Shown: one piece after another, positions 1-14,254 of the stretch
How the letters are laid out: each line of letters begins with the position of its first letter
Numbering within the stretch: the stretch's first letter is position 1
Source of the DNA: Eledone cirrhosa
Taxonomy: Eukaryota
Direction of reading: 5' to 3'
DNA length: 64,000 nucleotides
Assembly: GCA_964016885.1 (NCBI GenBank)
Contig: OZ024762.1
Coordinates: 13,950,001 to 14,014,000, forward strand
Notes under the pieces: model-generated
Seen by the model: only the letters and a program-made list of their open reading frames with translations
What the model was told of the DNA's origin: nothing
The model's database searches: none
Made by a program: the position numbers and the translations under genes

Positions 1-410
1 TGGGATTGGTATGTATTGGTGGGGTGGGGTCAGGGTGTTGCTGGGGTGGGGTCAGGGGGTTGGTGGGGTGGTGTCTGGAATTAGAGGGGTTTATATAGAA
101 ATGATAACGGTGTGGTGTTGATAGCTCAAGGGTTAAGTCATTCGCAAACAAATTGCTCATTGTACTGCTGTGTATATGTGGTGTGTGTGTGTGTGTGTGT
201 GTGCGTATGTGTGTGTATGTATGTGTATGTGTGTGTGTATGTATGTATGTGTATGTATATATATGTGTGTGTGTGTTTCTGTACACACATGTATATATAT
301 ATATATATATATACACATGTGTGTATGTGTACCTGTGACTATATATATATATGTATATGTTTTAAGAAATTTCAATACAATTGCACAGAAACACACACAT
401 ATATACATAC

Positions 411-487
<77 letters not shown>

Positions 488-509
488 GTCACAGGTAAAC
501 ACACACATG

Positions 510-547
<38 letters not shown>

Positions 548-591
548 ATATTTGATATATATATCATATATATATATATATATATTTGATA

Positions 592-662
<71 letters not shown>

Positions 663-1622
663 TATACAATTAAAGGCACACACACCTTTCTTTACCAAAG
701 TGCCCCGGGGTAAGAAAACTTGTCTAACCAAAACCACCACCACCACCTCACATCCTCTCTCCCCTTCATACTTATCAACCCTTTTCTCCTCTCTCCTCTC
801 CTCTCCTCCCTCACCCCCCCCCCCTCCTTCACCACTGTTGCTTCGGGGGTGGGGGGGGAAGTTTATTTTCTCAGCTCAATAATAATAAAAATGGCGGCGA
901 GGGTTGGGGGCGGGTGGATGGAGGAAGGGGTGGAGATCACTTTAATGAGACAAAGGCTAAACACTATCCTATTTAACCAATCACAACCCCCCCCCACCCG
1001 AACACTTTCGCCCCCACCCCACCCGACTCCTTTATTTCACCCCTCCTCGTTCACACCACTCCTCATTCATTCCACCACCACCACCACCCTACTCATTCAC
1101 TCTAATGGTGGTGATGGTGGTGGTGGTGGTTGTGGTATTGGTGGCGGTGGTAGTTATGGTGATGCTGATGGTAGTAGTGGTGTGGTAGTGGTGGCAGTAT
1201 TGGTGGTAGTGGTGGTAGTATTAGTGGTAGTGGTAGTAGTAGTAGTGGTAGTGGTGGCAGTATTGGTGGTAGTGGTGGTAGTATTAGTGGTAGTGGTAGT
1301 GGTGGTGGTAGTAGTAGTGGTTGAGGGTGTCGTAGTATGTAGGGGTGGTGGGGTGGAGCAGGAATGGTATTAAAGAATAAAAGACTGAAAGAATGAAAAT
1401 TAAGATTGAAGGAGAGAGAGAGAGAGAGAGCGAGAAAGAGAGAGAGGGATAGAGAGAGCGAGAAAGAGAGAGATAGAGAGAGAGATAGATGGATAGAGAG
1501 AGTGAGAAAGAGAGAGATATATAGAGAGAGAGCGAGAAAGGGAGAAAGAGAGAGACAGCCACAGAGACAGAGACAGAGAGAGAGAGAGCGAGATAGAGAG
1601 AGATAGAGAGAGCGAGAAAGAT

Positions 1623-1685
<63 letters not shown>

Positions 1686-1952
1686 CGCAGAGACAGAGAG
1701 AGAGTGAGAGGGATAACAGATTTTTTTTGTCTTAATTGTACATTTTTGAGTTTTTTTTCTGTTCGTCATCTTCCATAGGTTTGAGGGGGGTGGGGTGTCG
1801 GTGGTGGTAGGGGGGGTCTGTGGTCCGGGGCGGGGAACGGTGGTGTGGTGGTGTGTTTATATGGTGGGGAAACGTGTGCTCCTGAGCGTGATCATTCTTA
1901 TCACCATTTCCATGCCTATATATATATGTGTGTGTGTATATATATCTATCTA

Positions 1953-2038
<86 letters not shown>

Positions 2039-2148
2039 TAAACATATATACATATATATTATATATATATGTATATATATATATATATATACACAAATGC
2101 CTATATGGATATATATATATTCATATACATACACTCATATACATATAC

Positions 2149-2207
<59 letters not shown>

Positions 2208-2635
2208 TGTATGCATATGTATATATATACATTATACATATTTGTATATATATATATATATATATATATAGATATATATATATATATGTGTATAATATAT
2301 ATATATATATATATACATATGTATGCATATATGCATACATATATACACATATAAATGCACTCATATATACATACATACACACATAGATATAAGCCTACAT
2401 ACATATATACATACATATATATAAACACACATACCTATATACATGTATATAAACACACATACCTATATACATATATATACATACACATACCTATATACAT
2501 ATATATACATACACATACCTATATACATATATATACATACACATACCTATATACATATATATACATACATATACCTATATACATATATATACATACATAT
2601 AACTGTATATATATATATATATAAATATATATATA

Positions 2636-2671
<36 letters not shown>

Positions 2672-2797
2672 TATATATATATATGCATATATATATATAT
2701 ATATATATATATGCATATATATATATATATATATATGTGTATATATATATATATATATATACATACATACATATATATATACAGTATATATATATAT

Positions 2798-2863
<66 letters not shown>

Positions 2864-2907
2864 TATATATATATATACACACACAGATATATATATATAC
2901 AGTATAT

Positions 2908-2957
<50 letters not shown>

Positions 2958-3745
2958 TATATATATATATACACACATATATATATATATAAATATACAG
3001 TATATATATATATACAGTATATCTATATATATACAGTATATATATATATATACTGTATATATATATATATATACAGTATATATACAGATATATATACGGT
3101 ATATATACAGTATATATATATATATACTGTGTATATATACAGTATATATATATATATATATATACTGTATATATATATATATATACAGTATATATATATA
3201 TATACGGTATATATACAGTATATATATATATATATACAGTATATATATACAGTATATATATATATATATATGTCCATTGGGTTTGTTGAAGTGAAAACTG
3301 AGCCTACCGGCCATTACGTCACTATTTTCAAATTTCTTCTTATTGAATTCTTTTCTGTGTGTACACAAGGAGGCGCAGTGTGGTGGAGGGAGAACTGGAG
3401 GGGTGAGTTGAAGGGGGTGGGAGTAAGGCAGCGTTGGAAGGGTGGGGTTAGGGGAGAGGGTGAAGAGGGAGGGAGGATGGAAAGAGGGTAGTCGATTGAA
3501 TATAGTGTAAGAAGGTGAAGTGGGGCTCGTGTGTCGAGGCGGTGTTGGTGGTGGTTGTGGTGGTGTGTCGAGGTGGGGGTGGGGGTGGTTGTGGTGGTTG
3601 TGGTGGTGTGTCGAAGCGGCGGTGTTGGTGGTGGTGGTGTGTCGAGGCGGTGGTGGTGGTGGTGGTAGTGGTGTGTCGAAGTGGTGGCGTCTGTGGTGGC
3701 AGTGGTGTGGATGGTGGTGGCGGTGGTGGTGGTGGTGTGTGTCTG

Positions 3746-3841
<96 letters not shown>

Positions 3842-3855
3842 TATTTATATATTTA

Positions 3856-3957
3856 TTAAAATAACAGATTAAAGGTTAAGCAAAGAATCGCTGCTTTCAC
3901 CCTTAATGGGATCTTATCGAGCCCTCTTTGGATTTTAGTCCTCAAATTTATTATTAT

Positions 3958-3961
<4 letters not shown>
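3856..3961 (-). mobile_element. (TA)n-flanked dispersed repeat (copies at 37441-37595 and ~46530-46605)
   Basis: Shared CTAAAATCCAAAGAGGGCTCGATAAG..AAGGGTGAAA..GATTCTTTGC..TTTAATCTGTTATTTTA. Confidence 0.6.
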
Positions 3962-4001
<40 letters not shown>

Positions 4002-4361
4002 GGTCTCCCTGCACCAAGCTTAAACACCCCGGCGGGCAGGCGCTGCTAAAAACATCCGGAAACCAACCATGCATCCCAGACCCGGCATGAATGGACCCAG
4101 GCGGGCAGCGCAGCAAATAATCGTCTCGAAACAAACGTTGCATACCTGACTCTGTGCGTATCGGCAATGGTAAGGTGGTAACCACATGCTTGTATCGGAT
4201 AAAAAATTTGCCCGGAAAAGACTGCCTTAACACCGGCCAGAGTTATCTCCCTTGACCTACTGCAAAATCAAAACATGTGTTTTTACGAAGTATGAACTCT
4301 GACGTGAACTTATCTCTAAAAACCCATTCCGGGTCATGTAAGGAACGCTTTTTAGTTATTA

Positions 4362-4402
4362 TGCTCTTGAGAAGCCCATTCGGGCGAAACGTACGTAGGT
4401 GC
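4362..4402 (+). ncRNA. Hammerhead-like motif with variant core CTTGAGAA
   Basis: TGCT-CTTGAGAA-GCCC ATTC GGGC-GAAA-C GTAC G-TA^GGTG; perfect stem II, palindromic GTAC loop, weak wobble-rich stem I. Confidence 0.55.
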
Positions 4403-5160
4403 TATTTTAAATAAACACGTTTTAACGGTCTGTTCTCCTGTATTTTACTTCTCCACGTGCTTACGCTCAGCTAATTCTCTCGCCCACTAGATATTAACAC
4501 TTCTAATATTTAACTGCCGGCACTAGTATTGAGCACCCTCTGCATACGCTATTTGGCAAATGGCTACATGTATCACATATCCATCCTTTTCTCTCTCTCG
4601 ATGCGTAAATATACAATGAAGGCGTGAGATGAAGTACTAGACGCGTCCTTTCTTTAACGATGTCTAAAACATAAAATACAAAGTTAGACAGTGCCAACAA
4701 GACACAAATTTAATTCATGAAAATGATAGTATAAAATATTTAAATGTTTAATTTATATACAGAGAAAAAAAACAAATTATCCAAAACCCTTTCTCTTTAA
4801 ATTCTCTAAATTTTTTAAAGTTTCTTCGATATTTTAATTCTGTTCTGATAGAAACTAATTAGTCGAGTTGATTTGCATATTTTCTATGTAGTTAACCATA
4901 TTGCTTCTTGAATAATTAACAGCGATATAATGAAACATTAAAATCGCTTAAAATTGAATTTTTCTACAATCAATGTCTTCAGTTTTCAAGATTATAGTTT
5001 TGGGAATACCTGAGAGACATAAACTTCAACAAAAATAATTGATATTCTTAGGAAGCATCTATAAAATGTGTTTAATTTATTATCAAATTTTATAGTTATA
5101 AAGTTAATATTAAAACTTTACTAGTATGGTAGCTTGGTTAAATCGTTAGATTACTGATTG

Positions 5161-5328
5161 CAGGTAAAATTCCGTTATAATGAATACCGTTATAACGAAT
5201 TTTTCAGTATAACGAAATCTCTTTCAATCCCCGGTCACACGCTCGATGTGTTAGGTTGATCTCGTTATAAAGAAATTTTTGTTACAACAAATTTTTATTT
5301 ATACCCCGTGAATTTCGTTATAAAGGAA
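5161..5328. mobile_element. Decayed pogo/Tigger-type MITE
   Basis: Repeated CGTTATAACGAA-like motifs. Confidence 0.45.
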
Positions 5329-5350
5329 ACGAATAATAATAATAATAATT

Positions 5351-5633
5351 GTTTCTACTTTTGGCACAAGGCCAGCAATTATACCAGTGTATTACTCGTA
5401 CTTTATTTTATCGACACCGTAAGGATGAAAGGCAAAGTTGACCTCGGCAGGATTTGAACTCAGAATGGATAGGGCCGTAACTCTATGCGTCAAAGCATGA
5501 CGTCCGACCCTCTACCGATACTGCCAATCCACCTTGTTTCTACTTTTGGCATAAGGCCAGCAATTATCGCAGTGTATTACTGGTACTTTATTTTATCGAC
5601 CCCGTAAGGATGAAAGGCAAAGTTGACCTCGGA
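5351..5633 (-). mobile_element. tRNA-derived SINE, major family (full copy plus truncated tandem copy)
   Basis: Minus strand has A box TGGCAGTATCGG, B box GAGTTCAAATC and an (ATT)n tail; about 20 homologous copies in the window. Confidence 0.85.
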
Positions 5634-6467
5634 TGATGATGATGCAGAAGAAGAAAAAGAGGAAGAATAAAACATAGAAGACAAAAGGAAGAAGAAGAAT
5701 TTGGAGAATGAGAAGAACGGTAAGGAAGACGGAGGAGAAGAAGAAGAAGGGGAAAAAGAAGGAGAAGAAGGAGAGGGAGAAGAATAAGAATAAGAAGCAA
5801 CAACAACAACACCACCACCAACAACAACAACAACACCATCACCACCAACAACAACAACAACACCACCAATAAACCACCAACAACAACAACAACAGGAACA
5901 ACAACACCACTCCCACCACCACCACCACCACCAAAAACACCACTCCCACCACCACCACCACCACCACCACCACTACCACCAATGACAGTGACGTCCATCA
6001 AAGCTGTTCTATATTCACATGGCTAGACAATTCCTCCATTTCCATTACAAGGACTGGAGCACTTGTTTGAACTTCCACATGTCTTACAATATAACAATAT
6101 GGTGATACCATTGAAGACATAGACTATATATAGACTATATATATATATATATATATATACGTGCGTGTGTGTGTGTGTGTGTGTATACATATATGTATAC
6201 GTATATATATCCACAGACCAATCTCTCTCTCTCTGTCTATATATATATATATATATATGTAAACACAAACACATATATGTATGTATATATATATATATAT
6301 ATATATAAGAGGGTGTTATATATATATATACACATATACATATACATATATATGTGTATGTAAACACGCACACATATATATTAACATATGTATGTACACA
6401 GACACATATATATATATATATATATTTAAACATATATATATATGTTTGTAAACACGCAAACATATAC

Positions 6468-6529
<62 letters not shown>

Positions 6530-6530
6530 G

Positions 6531-6593
<63 letters not shown>

Positions 6594-7411
6594 GCATAAG
6601 AGACCAGCGATGAGCAGCAGATAGTAACTTTTCTGGCTGACACGATTCTCTATGACAGCCATGACAATAGCAGATCAATAATCGATACGGCAGTAGGAAA
6701 TAAACTAAATATCTATAATCTCTTAGAGAAGTCAATTGAATGGAAACTTGTAGAAGTAACACCTCTAGATGTATTGAATAAACCTGACATAAACCTAGAA
6801 CTGGGGCTCTTTTCTGTGTATATATGTGTGTGTATATATAGGTGTGTGTGTGTGTGTGTATATATATGTGTGTATAGGTGTGTATTTGTGTGTGTGTGTG
6901 TATATATAGGTGTGTGTGTGTGTGTATATATATGTGTGTATAGGTGTAAATTTGTGTGTGTATGTGTGTGTATAGGTGTATGTGTGTGTATGGGTATGTG
7001 TGTATGTATGTATATGTATATGTATATGTTTATGTATGCGTATATATATGTGTGTGTGTATAGGTGTGTATATATATGGAATAAACCTGACATAAACCTA
7101 GAACTGAGACTCTCTGTATATATATATATATATATGTGTATATATAGGTGCGTGTGTGTGTATGTATGTATATGTATGTGTATATGTATATGTATGCGTA
7201 TATGTATGTGTGTATATGTGTGTATATATATGGAATAAACCTGACATAAACCTAGAACTGATGCTCTCTCTCTCTCTCTCTGTATACATATATATGTATA
7301 TATAGGTGCGTGTGTGTGCGTATATATGTATATGTTTATGTATGCGTATATGTATGTGTGTGTATAGGTGTGTATATATATGGAATAAACCTGACATAAA
7401 CCTAGAACTGA

Positions 7412-7451
<40 letters not shown>

Positions 7452-9354
7452 ATATAGGTGTGTGTGTATGTGTATGTGTGTATGTATGTATATGTATGTG
7501 TCAATAATTGTCACAAGTGTAGTGTTTGTACCAGAGTTTTCAAGTCGCTGGCTGGACTAAAAAGTCACACTCGTTCAGCGCATCGGTAGGGGTTCTCCTA
7601 CATGGATATACAGTAGTGGCCGTACTCGAAAACGAGTTGGTAGCCACCATATATGCATGTATGTATGTGTGCATGTATCTGTGTATATATGTATGTTTGC
7701 CTCGTGACGAAATGCATGGGTTTGGCTTTGCAAGGTGAGTGGTGCGGTGTCCTTGAGCAAGACTCTTTATTTCACTTTTTTCCTGTCGTCTCAGCTGGCA
7801 AAAAATGTTGTAATTCAAAAGGTCAGACACCCTTATCATACCCTGCTTTTTGCTGAATCTCCCTGAGAATAACGTGAAGATGGCAAATAATGTTGTAATT
7901 CAAAGTGTCAGTCATCCTTATACAGTGCCTTATGCCGAATCTCCCTGAGAATTATATCAAGGGTTACACAAGATTGTGGCATGCTCAATTATATATATAT
8001 ATATGTATACATTTTAGTTTCATGAACAGGTTGTTTCGTTGCTCTAACAATTGAAACACTCCTCGTCTTAATCGATGGAGGGCCATTCCATATAAGGTGT
8101 GGTATAAAACAGGGTAATCTTGGTGCAAGTTACTCTGGTGATGTCTTTGATGTAGCTGTAATAAATTTCATATTTAGAATATAACAAATATGTATCCATC
8201 AATTCTGTAAAAATTAGACAGAAAATGAAAGAAAAAAGAACGGAAAAAGAAAAAGAAAAAGAAAAAGAAAAAGAAAAAGAAAAAAAAGAAGGAATGAAAT
8301 ATGAAAAATAGAAGAAAATGAAAGAAAAAGAAACGGAAGAAAATAGAAGGGAAAAGAAAAAGAAAATGAAGAAAAAAGAGAAGGAAAAGGGGAAATAGGA
8401 AGAAAGAAGAAAAAAGGGAGGAAAAATAAGAAAAGAAGGAAAAAGGAAGGAAAAATGTGAGAAGAAAAATGAAGAAAAGAAGAAGGAAAAAATGAAAGAA
8501 GGAAAAAAGAGGCTGAAGGAAAAGAAGAAGATAAAGAAGACAAAAAGGAGAATAAAAGAATGGAAAAAGTAAATATAAAAATGAAAGAAAATGGAAAAAG
8601 AACCCGAAGAAAAAAAAAGAAGAAAAAAGAAAAAAAAAAGGAAAAAAAGCTGTGAAAAGTCCATAATTCGTTGCTTCAAACAACTGAAGGCCAGAAAATA
8701 ATTCCAATATTAAAACATTGCCTTTATTAAATATTTGATCTGTGTTTTATCAACTTGGTACTTCCGTAGTTCCTTCAAATCTCTCTCTCACCAAATTAAG
8801 GCTTCTGCAAGGTCACCTCTGCTTTTAGTGTTCTTTTTATTTTTTATTGGTTTGATTCGTTTGATTGAGGCCATGATGGGGCAGTGTTTTAGAAGATGGT
8901 GGGTTTCAGCTGATCATTTCGACACCTAATCCCAATTTTCTTTCTCTCAAGTCTTTGTATAGTTTTACTGGTTTAACTCGTTTGACTAAGGCCATGCTGG
9001 GGCAGATCTTGGTAGGGGGTTCACATTATATATCAACACCAGTACCTGTTACTTCTGTAGTTCCTTCAGATGTTTTAGACCTCATATCTCTCTCTCACCA
9101 AATTAAGGCTTCTGCAAGTTCACCTCTGCTTTTAGTCCTTCATTTCTATTCTTTTATTTGTATTTACTCATTTGACTGAGGCCATGCTGGGGCACATCTT
9201 TGCAGGGGCTCAGATTATAACTACTACTACTACTGTATCACCAGCTACAAAAACAACTATTACTACTATACAACTACAATAATTACTACTACTACTAATA
9301 ATAATAATAATACTAATACTACAATTGCTACAATTACTTGTAGTAATATAATTA

Positions 9355-9536
9355 TTTCTACTTTTGGCACAAGGCCAGCAATTATTCCAGTGTATTACTG
9401 GTACTTTATTTTATCGACACCGTAAGGATGAAAGGCAAAGTTAACCTCGGCGGGATTTGAACTCAGACCATAAGGGGCCGTAACTCTATGCTGCAAAGCA
9501 TAGCGTCCGACCCTCTACCGATACTGCCAATCCACC
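9355..9536 (-). mobile_element. Major SINE copy
   Basis: Homologous to 5351-5533. Confidence 0.85.
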
Positions 9537-10126
9537 ATTGACCAAATGATAGGTTACTATCTTAGTAATGAAATAATTTATAATTTTAGTAAAACACTTA
9601 AAATTACTCATTAATTAATTTAATTAGAGTGTGGTTCGTTTGAGATAATTATTCTATATTTTTATTTATTTTTTAAAAATTTTACATATTTTTATTTATT
9701 TATTTAATTATTTTATTTTTTAATCAATAACATAACAGTCTTAAGTTCAAATCTTGTTGAAGTCAATTTTCCATTTCCTTTCTTTCAGAGTCGACAAAAC
9801 GACAATACCAGTACAGAATGTTCGATGAACAGAAGTATGAAGTTTACCAGTGCGTGAGGGACGAGACGAGGTCCCTTGTGGTATTTATTCCGTCCTGTTC
9901 TTTGCTTCGTGAATTGAAATTCCACAGTGGAATGTATTTTACGTGTATTTCATAAATCCAGCTTGGTCACGTGCCATGTCAGGTTGATCTCGTTGTTGAG
10001 AGAATAGCGCTAAAGTGACATAGATCAACATCTCACTGATGAAACTGTGTGAATTTACGAAACTAGCTTTGATGTAACATTGGAGGTATGTATTGAAAAG
10101 GAAAGAGGGAAATCGATAAATGTAGT

Positions 10127-10157
<31 letters not shown>

Positions 10158-10216
10158 TTGTGTGTGTATGTGTGTATGTGTGTGTGTGTGTGTAACTGTC
10201 TCTCTCTCACATACAT

Positions 10217-10285
<69 letters not shown>

Positions 10286-10493
10286 GTAAAAAGGTAAACA
10301 GAAATAACAAAGCAAACATCACAGTATGTATATATGTGTGTATGAATATATATGTATAAATATATATTATATGCATACATACGCATATATATATATATAT
10401 ATATATACATATACATACAGACTCACATTTATATACATATATATGTGAGTGTGTTTGTGTTTTTGTATGTGTATGTTGCCACCGTTTCTTCCC

Positions 10494-10541
<48 letters not shown>

Positions 10542-10580
10542 CACACCTGCACATATATATATATATATGTATATTTGTAC

Positions 10581-10646
<66 letters not shown>

Positions 10647-10816
10647 GACACAGGAAATTGAATTAAAAGGAAAAAAATATTTCCATGATGTAGAATCGAT
10701 ATATTTTCTATAAGATCATGTATCGATATTTCTCACTTAATAGCAGTTTCATCATCGAATGGAGAGAGGAAAATACAAATATTTACAATAAAACTGAACA
10801 AGGTAAACGAGACACA

Positions 10817-10983
10817 CAGTGGCGGACTGGGTCTAAAAGTATTGGTTGCTAGGCGATGAAGGGAGCCCACTTACGTAGAGAATGTTAGAATTGGCCTCTA
10901 AAATACTACAGTGGGCCCTGCAACGCTACCGTGGAGACTCTGGGTCCCGCTTGCTATAGGGCAACCTGGCAAGTCCGCCACTG
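10817..10983. mobile_element. hAT-like MITE (partial copy ~12032-12132)
   Basis: TIR CAGTGGCGGACT/AGTCCGCCACTG; no 8-bp TSD visible. Confidence 0.65.
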
Positions 10984-11034
10984 TATATATATATATACAG
11001 TGGCGGAGTTGTGAGCCGAAATACGATTCTCGGT

Positions 11035-11078
<44 letters not shown>

Positions 11079-11082
<4 letters not shown>

Positions 11083-11400
11083 CAGAAGGAATATTCAATT
11101 TGTTGGTAATTTAACAAATATAAATGTTTATAACTGATTCAGAGCACTCGACAAGTTTTCTGGAGTATAATATTCAATGATATTAAATAAATGGAAACTA
11201 TATTTATAAAACCATATTTATTCTATTATATATATTTCAAGGCTATCAAAAACTTTGGTACGCTTTCATCAGATAAAATACAAAGTGTATTTTATAAATT
11301 TTGACATAGCCAAGGAACATACCTTAACGGTTGAAATTTTCCTTGGATAGTGGACTTAGAGACAGATTTTTCAAAATTGTTAAGATGAGTATGCAAATGA
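11079..11400 (-). mobile_element. Family A hammerhead-bearing element between (TA)n tracts
   Basis: Reverse-complement homology to 36520-36730. Confidence 0.65.
11219..11280 (-). ncRNA. Type I hammerhead ribozyme motif (family A, copy 3)
   Basis: Reverse complement reads TATTTTAT-CTGATGA-AAGCGTACCAAA..TTTGATAGCCTT-GAAA-TATATATA^ATAGAATA; downstream sequence is homologous to 36630-36720. Confidence 0.75.
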
Positions 11401-11510
11401 ATATATATATATATATATATATATTATTTGTTTGTTAAAATAATCAAATGAAATTAATTCAACAGTTAAACAGACATAGGAATAATAAGGTTGTTACCAA
11501 AGAGCTAGAG

Positions 11511-11970
11511 GATTGACAAGTCGACCCTAAATATGAATAATAGCTGTAGGAAAGCCATGAACGCCACCACATCTTTCTAACTTTGATTTTCAAAGTAGGT
11601 TTATAATTATTAATTTTCATTATACTTTTGTAGTTGTCTCGGTGGCCTAGTGGGGGGAATCGTAGACAGTGGTAATCCTGGTCTAAAGTTCGGTCCTGGC
11701 TGAGAGTAGGGCTCCCGGTAAACCTTTTCAGTTTTTTTCTATAGAATGTAAAATAAAAGCCGAAAAAACCTACCCCTTGACCAGGATCGAACCCAGGACC
11801 CGGGTCGCTATCGTCTCTAGTCCTACCACTAGGCCACAGTGACAACCACGAAAATGTTATGAACATTCATACTTATAAACCTACTTTCAAAATGTTCAAA
11901 ACAAAATGATGTGGTGTCGTTCATGTCTTTCTTAATGTTGTTGCCCCTACTTAAGGTCGACTTCTAAATC
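11511..11970. mobile_element. Fold-back element with two convergent tRNA-like units
   Basis: Diverged inverted arms; + unit ~11633-11710 (A box TGGCCTAGTGG, B-like GTTCGGTCC); - unit ~11763-11846 (A box TGGCCTAGTGG, B box GGTTCGATCC, T6 run). Confidence 0.65.
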
Positions 11971-12157
11971 ATTTGGGTGTTCCCTAAACTTTCTTTCTCT
12001 TAGATTTCAGGTATTTTTTGAAAGCTAAGCGTTGGCTCCTAAAATACTACAGTGGGTCCCGCAATGTTACCGTGGGCGCCCTTGGCCCCACTTGCCTTTG
12101 GGCAACCTAGCAACCTTGCCAATACGCCACTGCATACACACACGCACACACACACAC

Positions 12158-12204
<47 letters not shown>

Positions 12205-12304
12205 TGCACACAGTGATACACACACACATATATAAAGTGTCCCCCAAACATGTATACACACTTATTAGAATGATGTTGAAGTGTGGATACATCATTCTGG
12301 AGAC

Positions 12305-12377
<73 letters not shown>

Positions 12378-12440
12378 TTATATATTTATATATATATTTA
12401 TATATATATATTTATATATTTATATTTATATATATATATT

Positions 12441-12471
<31 letters not shown>

Positions 12472-12780
12472 TTATATATATATTTATATATATATTTATA
12501 TATATAATAATTACCGCCAAAATGTTTTTTGGCGGTATTTAATAAAAATAAAAAAACACTATTAAAGTAAAAAAAAAAAAAAAAGGAAGAGAAAATGAAA
12601 CATTTGTTGTTGAACTACTTGTTGAAAAATTTGAACCTGGCTCGACAAATATAAATCTTTTCAGGCGGAAGTAAATCTGCTATTGAATTTCACTCTAAAA
12701 AAGACACTCTCCTGTTAGAAATTTTAAATGGACGTCGTTTTCCGCCACTCTGTTTATGCGTTACGAATTTTTCTCCATAT

Positions 12781-12982
12781 ACCTTTTCTGTGAGGATTTT
12801 GTCTACACCTTTTCTGTGAGGATTTTGTCTACACCTTTTCTGTGAGGATTTTGTCTACACCTATTCTGTGAGGATTTTGTCTACACCTTTTCTGTGAGGA
12901 TTTTGTCTACACCTTTTCTGTGAGGATTTTGTCTACACTTTTACTGTGATGATTTTGTCTACACCTATTCTCTGTGGATTTT
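12781..12982. repeat. 26-bp minisatellite
   Basis: ACCTTTTCTGTGAGGATTTTGTCTAC, about 7.8 copies. Confidence 0.95.
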
Positions 12983-13049
12983 CAACAGACATACGGACTG
13001 CTTTGCGGACAAACCGTTTGGTCAATGAAGTAAGTTGCGTTATATTTAA

Positions 13050-13271
13050 CCCTTTAGCATTCACATTACTCTATATATACTATTGTATTTTGGTAGTAAA
13101 CACTTTATCTTACATAATTATCTTACATAATATCGAATCTATGAGGTTTTGATGTTATTTATCTTGAGAATAATACCTTAACATCAGTATGAGTGGCCAG
13201 TTACAGCTGATTTGAATAGAAAGAGGATGAGACATTTCTGGCCGGATATGGCCTGTTTGAATGCTAAAGGG
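13050..13271. mobile_element. piggyBac-type MITE
   Basis: TTAA|CCCTTTAGCATTC..GAATGCTAAAGGG|TTCA; second copy at 27200. Confidence 0.8.
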
Positions 13272-13377
13272 TTCAGTAATTCCTCACTACGATAGCCATT
13301 ATAGAATAATTGTTGTCCACCAGCTACCTATAGCCACAATAAACCAGCTACGAGCGAGTGCATCTCTCTTACCCTCC

Positions 13378-14000
13378 TCCTGGGAAACGCCTTCTCCATT
13401 CTGTCCGCCGGGGCTGTGGGGAGGCCAGCACGTGGGACCCAATTTGCTCACCACACGAAGAGATGGGGAGGGCTAGCGAAATGGAGGCGATGACAGTGGG
13501 AGTTCGGCTGTTCCACGTTCTGACCTGGTGTACATGAGAGAGATGGGGATGGCGAGAGAGATGGAGGCCATGATAGTGGGAGTTCGGCTGTTCTGTGTTA
13601 GGACAGGGTGTATACGAGAGAGATGGGGAGGCGATGAGAGTGGGAGTTCGGCTGTTCTTTCATGTTTGTTTAGGTTACAATTGTATTGTGATGGAATCTG
13701 TGGTAACCCACCCTTGTTGTGTTATGAAACTAAACTATTTCCACACTAAACCAGCTACTGACCACCGGGTAACTGTAGCCACAATAAACCAACTACTGAC
13801 CATCACCTATCAAGCTATAAGCTTTAGCTGAATGAGTGACAGGTATAATGTGCCCGAACACTGATGAGCCGGACACCCACCGTCACTGCATCCATCTCTC
13901 TCCCCCTCCTCATCTCACTGTATTGTGAGCAAAATGGGGTCCCACGTGCTGGCCGTCCCACAGACCCGGCGGACAATGGAGAAGGCGTTTTCCCGGAGGA
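13378..14000. mobile_element. Fold-back/TIR element with ~80-bp inverted termini and internal subrepeats
   Basis: CGCCTTCTCCATT..GGCCAGCACGTGGGACCC..TTTGCTCAC is inverted at 13924-14000; internal AGTGGGAGTTCGGCTGTTC three times. Confidence 0.65.
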
Positions 14001-14254
14001 TGTTGACCACTAACTAACTGTAGCCAATATAGACCAGCTAGGATATTTCAATTTTACAGTATTCTGACCACCAGCTAACTTTAGCCACAAATAAATATAT
14101 TAGCGGTTTAAAACAAAAAAAAACAACAATAAAAAACAGTAAAAGATCTAAGCACTTCATTTCCCAACATCAACAACAATGCCTTAATTTTTGAGTTTAT
14201 CTCGAGTTAATGTAAGTAACTTTTGCTCTCTTCACGAACTTAAACAACCCAAAT

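Noticed and set aside
18-75. G-quadruplex-capable G-runs (also ~1784-1836)
   Set aside because: Common in low-complexity DNA; nothing supports a function
6019-6103. Peptide [14 protein letters not shown] resembling the PTP FHY..WPD loop
   Set aside because: No WPD motif, an early stop, no splice signals and no other PTP exons
6776-7410. 28-bp direct repeats with variable spacers, superficially CRISPR-like
   Set aside because: The spacers are 120-275-bp microsatellites, the context is eukaryotic and there are no cas genes
11633-11846. Bona fide tRNA genes
   Set aside because: A and B boxes are present but the acceptor and anticodon stems do not pair; treated as tRNA-derived
13861-13870. Isolated CTGATGA matches (also ~10036, ~14473, ~27476- and ~55398-)
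   Set aside because: No stem II, GAAA, stem III and stem I arrangement follows
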